DNA of 64,000 bases. Origin: Paramecium tetraurelia (lineage: Eukaryota). Of this stretch, positions 59,939-64,000 are shown piece after piece. The position numbers were made by a program, and so were the translations under genes. Below the pieces are notes generated by a model. The model ran no database searches. It was not told where the DNA came from and saw nothing but the letters and a program-made list of their open reading frames with translations. The first letter of the stretch is position 1, and the number at the start of each line of letters is the position of its first letter. The stretch lies in assembly GCA_000165425.1 (NCBI GenBank), contig CT867997.1, positions 434,001 through 498,000 of the forward strand, written 5' to 3'.

Positions 59939-60419
59939 TCAAATTAATTTTCTTTTATATTTATTATGAATTGCGCTAGAAAGTAGCTTTTTTTAAGAGG
60001 ATTGCAAATTTGTAGCAGGCTTCTTTCTAAATCCCATATTGCTGGATTATAAAGTTCTAGTTTAAGGTAGTAATCTTATTGTTTATGAAAAATTCAATTT
60101 ACTTTTTTGGTGGGGTTAAGTGTGTTTCTACTTCATCTTCCCAATCTTGATCATCGATATCTCGTTAGAACTTGTTTTTAAAAAAGTCAATTGAAAGTTG
60201 AGGATCCTTAATCAATTCTTCTTGTTCAGAGACTGTGAGTAGTTGATTAATGTCCATTTCCAGAGTTTCCTTTGGAAGTAAATTGAACAAATTATTAAAT
60301 GACTTTTTGATCCACATCTTAGAATTGTTGAAGTTCTGCAGATTAGATTCTTTTGCTTCCTCAATCAAAATAATATTGGTTTAAATCAGTTCTTTTAGAA
60401 TAGACTTGTCACAATTCAT
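59939..60419 (-). CDS. Small hypothetical protein
   Basis: MNCDKSILKELIQTNIILIEEAKESNLQNF...LLPKETLEMDINQLL; open code-6 frame. Confidence 0.6.
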
Positions 60420-60468
60420 ATTTTAAATTTAAATCAATAATACAAAAATTATTAATATTTTAATTACA

Positions 60469-60768
60469 ATGAATGATATGATAGATAATGAATTGTGTTT
60501 CCAAGAAATGAAGGAAATCGAGAAAAGAATTCTCAAATATTTATGTGAATAGTTAAAACTAGAACAACTAACAGATCCACATTTGAAACAATTGAACTAC
60601 GAGGACTCGAAAAAGAAACAAATATTCTCCTTTAGATCTCTTGATTCTGACAATGAGACATCAGATAATATTTCAAATACTCCAAGTCATCGATGCTCAT
60701 TACTAATTGCTCGATCTCCCCTGATTTTAAAAAGGTTAAGTGCTTCCATCTCAGAATAACTCTAATGA
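60469..60768 (+). CDS. Small hypothetical protein (99 aa)
   Basis: Intronless frame MNDMIDNELCFQEMKEIEKRILKYL...SASISEQLQ*. Confidence 0.55.
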
Positions 60769-61446
60769 TGATTGTATATATATTTTATTTGTTAACTAAT
60801 TCTAATCCATAAGATTCTTATGATAAACAGCTGAATTAGCTACTCTAAGCATAGAGAAGTCAACAAAATTTTTATTTCCATTTTTAGCTAATAAGAATCT
60901 TTAAGAACAATCAAAGAAGAGTTAACATTATTTTTTCAACTAAAATTAGTAGAATATTATCCATAGATTTATTAGTATTTGGCTTCCTTAAAACAATAGT
61001 CTTAACTATAGTTACTTAATTTAACTATTTCAGATAGTTAAAATGATATTACTTCAATTTATCAAACATTTTAGATAAGAATAAACTCTTTGAAATCTTT
61101 TAACTTCAGTAAAATACTATTATTTCATAAGAACAAGAGTTAAATTTAACTTGAACTATGGATTTTATTTAAAATTTATAAATTTAAATTTTATAATAGT
61201 ACTTAAATTTTTATATTTTATAAACTACGTCTTTTAGAGGATCTACTAATCTATGATAAGGCACTAACCATAACTAGCAGACTGAATGATTTTATGAGTT
61301 ATCATTTATTGTAAGTTGATTTATAAAGTATTAGGATTAATAAATTTATATTATACACATAAATATATAAATATAGTTTATATAATAATGATCTAATTAG
61401 GATATTTATTGGAATAAAGATTTAAACACAATTTTAATATTAATTT

Positions 61447-62988
<1,542 letters not shown>

Positions 62989-63015
62989 ATCCCCTGGCCT
63001 TAATGGCTAGGGGAT
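62989..63015 (+). promoter_or_regulatory. 11-bp RNA hairpin immediately after the stop codon (SRE-like candidate)
   Basis: ATCCCCTGGCC-TTAAT-GGCTAGGGGAT: 10 Watson-Crick pairs plus one G:U, GC-rich within an AT-rich context. Confidence 0.65.
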
Positions 63016-63104
63016 GTTTTAAGCAGAAACTCCGCCTAACCTTTAATAGAAGTATTCTGAGACTGATTTCGAGGAAGGAAGACATTTGTTTGTTTTGAAT
63101 AAAG

Positions 63105-63168
63105 AACAAACTTAATGAAACATTTATTGGAAATAAAGCATCGATAAATGTTGAAAAAAGATGTTTTT
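63105..63168 (+). promoter_or_regulatory. Eukaryotic SECIS element (type I-like)
   Basis: ATGA core at 63115-63118; helix II ACATTTATTGG / TCGATAAATGT (11 bp); apical loop starting AAA at 63131; 3' TGAA at 63152-63155. Confidence 0.9.
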
Positions 63169-63277
63169 TGGATTTGAAATTTGTTAAAGAGTATTTCTCA
63201 AAAATATATATTCAACTTTTAGATTAAAGATATAAGGATATTAAAGATAATAATTATTTTAAGGACAACAAAATGAT

Positions 63278-64000
63278 TCAATTTAATAGTTTTCCTAGTT
63301 CTTTTCTTCCTTAAATAACTAAATTGTGTTGATTTCCCAATTCTCCAAATATTTCTATTAACTTTTTTTAAGCCTTCTTGTCAGCCCAATTCTTATCCTT
63401 TTTAACAATCTAAAATAACTAAGTAAATTACAGTTAGAAGTGATTTAATAGCCAATTCATTGTTTTTTATACTAAGAGCTTCCAAAGCCAAGTCAAAATA
63501 TAGATCATAATTTTCAGGATTGTCATTTATTCGTACTAAAATATTTTCGATTTCAGGAGTCATGGATTTTATTTGCTTAACAAGTTTATATTGATCTTAG
63601 ACTAATTAATATAATTATTTTGTATTCATGTCTTCTAAATCATCTTTGTATTGTTTATCGAATAAATCTAAAGTTTCTTAGATTTTATTTAAATCTTCCA
63701 TCAAAACATATGCTAGTGCTTTGAATAATAAATATTTTGGATGTTCCTTTTTAACGTTATCTCTTGCCAATGCCTCAGTCGTTAAAGTCATTAATCCTTA
63801 ATAATTCTTGCTATCAAACAGTTGAGCCATTTGTTCCAATATCATTTGTTCAACGTTTTCACCTCTCAATATTCTTGATATTTATTCGACGATAGTCATA
63901 AATCTATCAAACTTTCCATTCTTGAAATATCCATCAACAAATTAGTTATTGTATACCACACCTGCAAAGGGCACAGAATTAATTTACAATTGAGTGATCA
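63278..64000 (-). CDS. CnoX/YbbN-like thioredoxin-TPR chaperedoxin (5' end outside window)
   Basis: LQINSVPFAGVVYNNQFVDGY (end of a Trx fold), MAQLFDSKNYQGLM, and C-terminal IVKKDKNWADKKAQKKLIEIFGELG...GRKELGKLLN*, matching the YbbN TPR tail pattern. Confidence 0.75.

Overview
This is AT-rich, gene-dense eukaryotic DNA from a ciliate macronucleus, most likely Paramecium. TAA/TAG read as Gln throughout, TGA is the only stop codon, and introns are tiny (about 20-31 nt, GT..AG). The supplied standard-code ORF track therefore fragments nearly every gene, so I re-read genes by hand in genetic code 6; boundaries of the hypothetical genes are approximate. About 38 protein-coding genes are visible. 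They include two cyclins, RPL26, histone H4, succinyl-CoA synthetase alpha, a nucleoside hydrolase, an LPA acyltransferase, a YTH m6A reader, a polycystin-like channel, a hybrid histidine kinase, a CSPP1-like protein, a KIF21-like kinesin, a CHD remodeler, Aurora-like and CaMKK-like kinases, PKA-R, a TALE homeobox gene and a divergent XPB. The most interesting locus is at the right end. A thioredoxin reductase ends GGT TGC TGA GGT TGA (Gly-Cys-Sec-Gly-stop), so two UGAs one codon apart must be read differently. It is followed by an 11-bp GC-rich hairpin starting exactly at the stop (6 nt after the Sec codon), a second putative structure and a canonical SECIS. It lies tail-to-tail with a bacterial-type CnoX/YbbN thioredoxin-TPR gene. 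I saw no tRNA, rRNA, transposon, telomeric repeat or CRISPR array.
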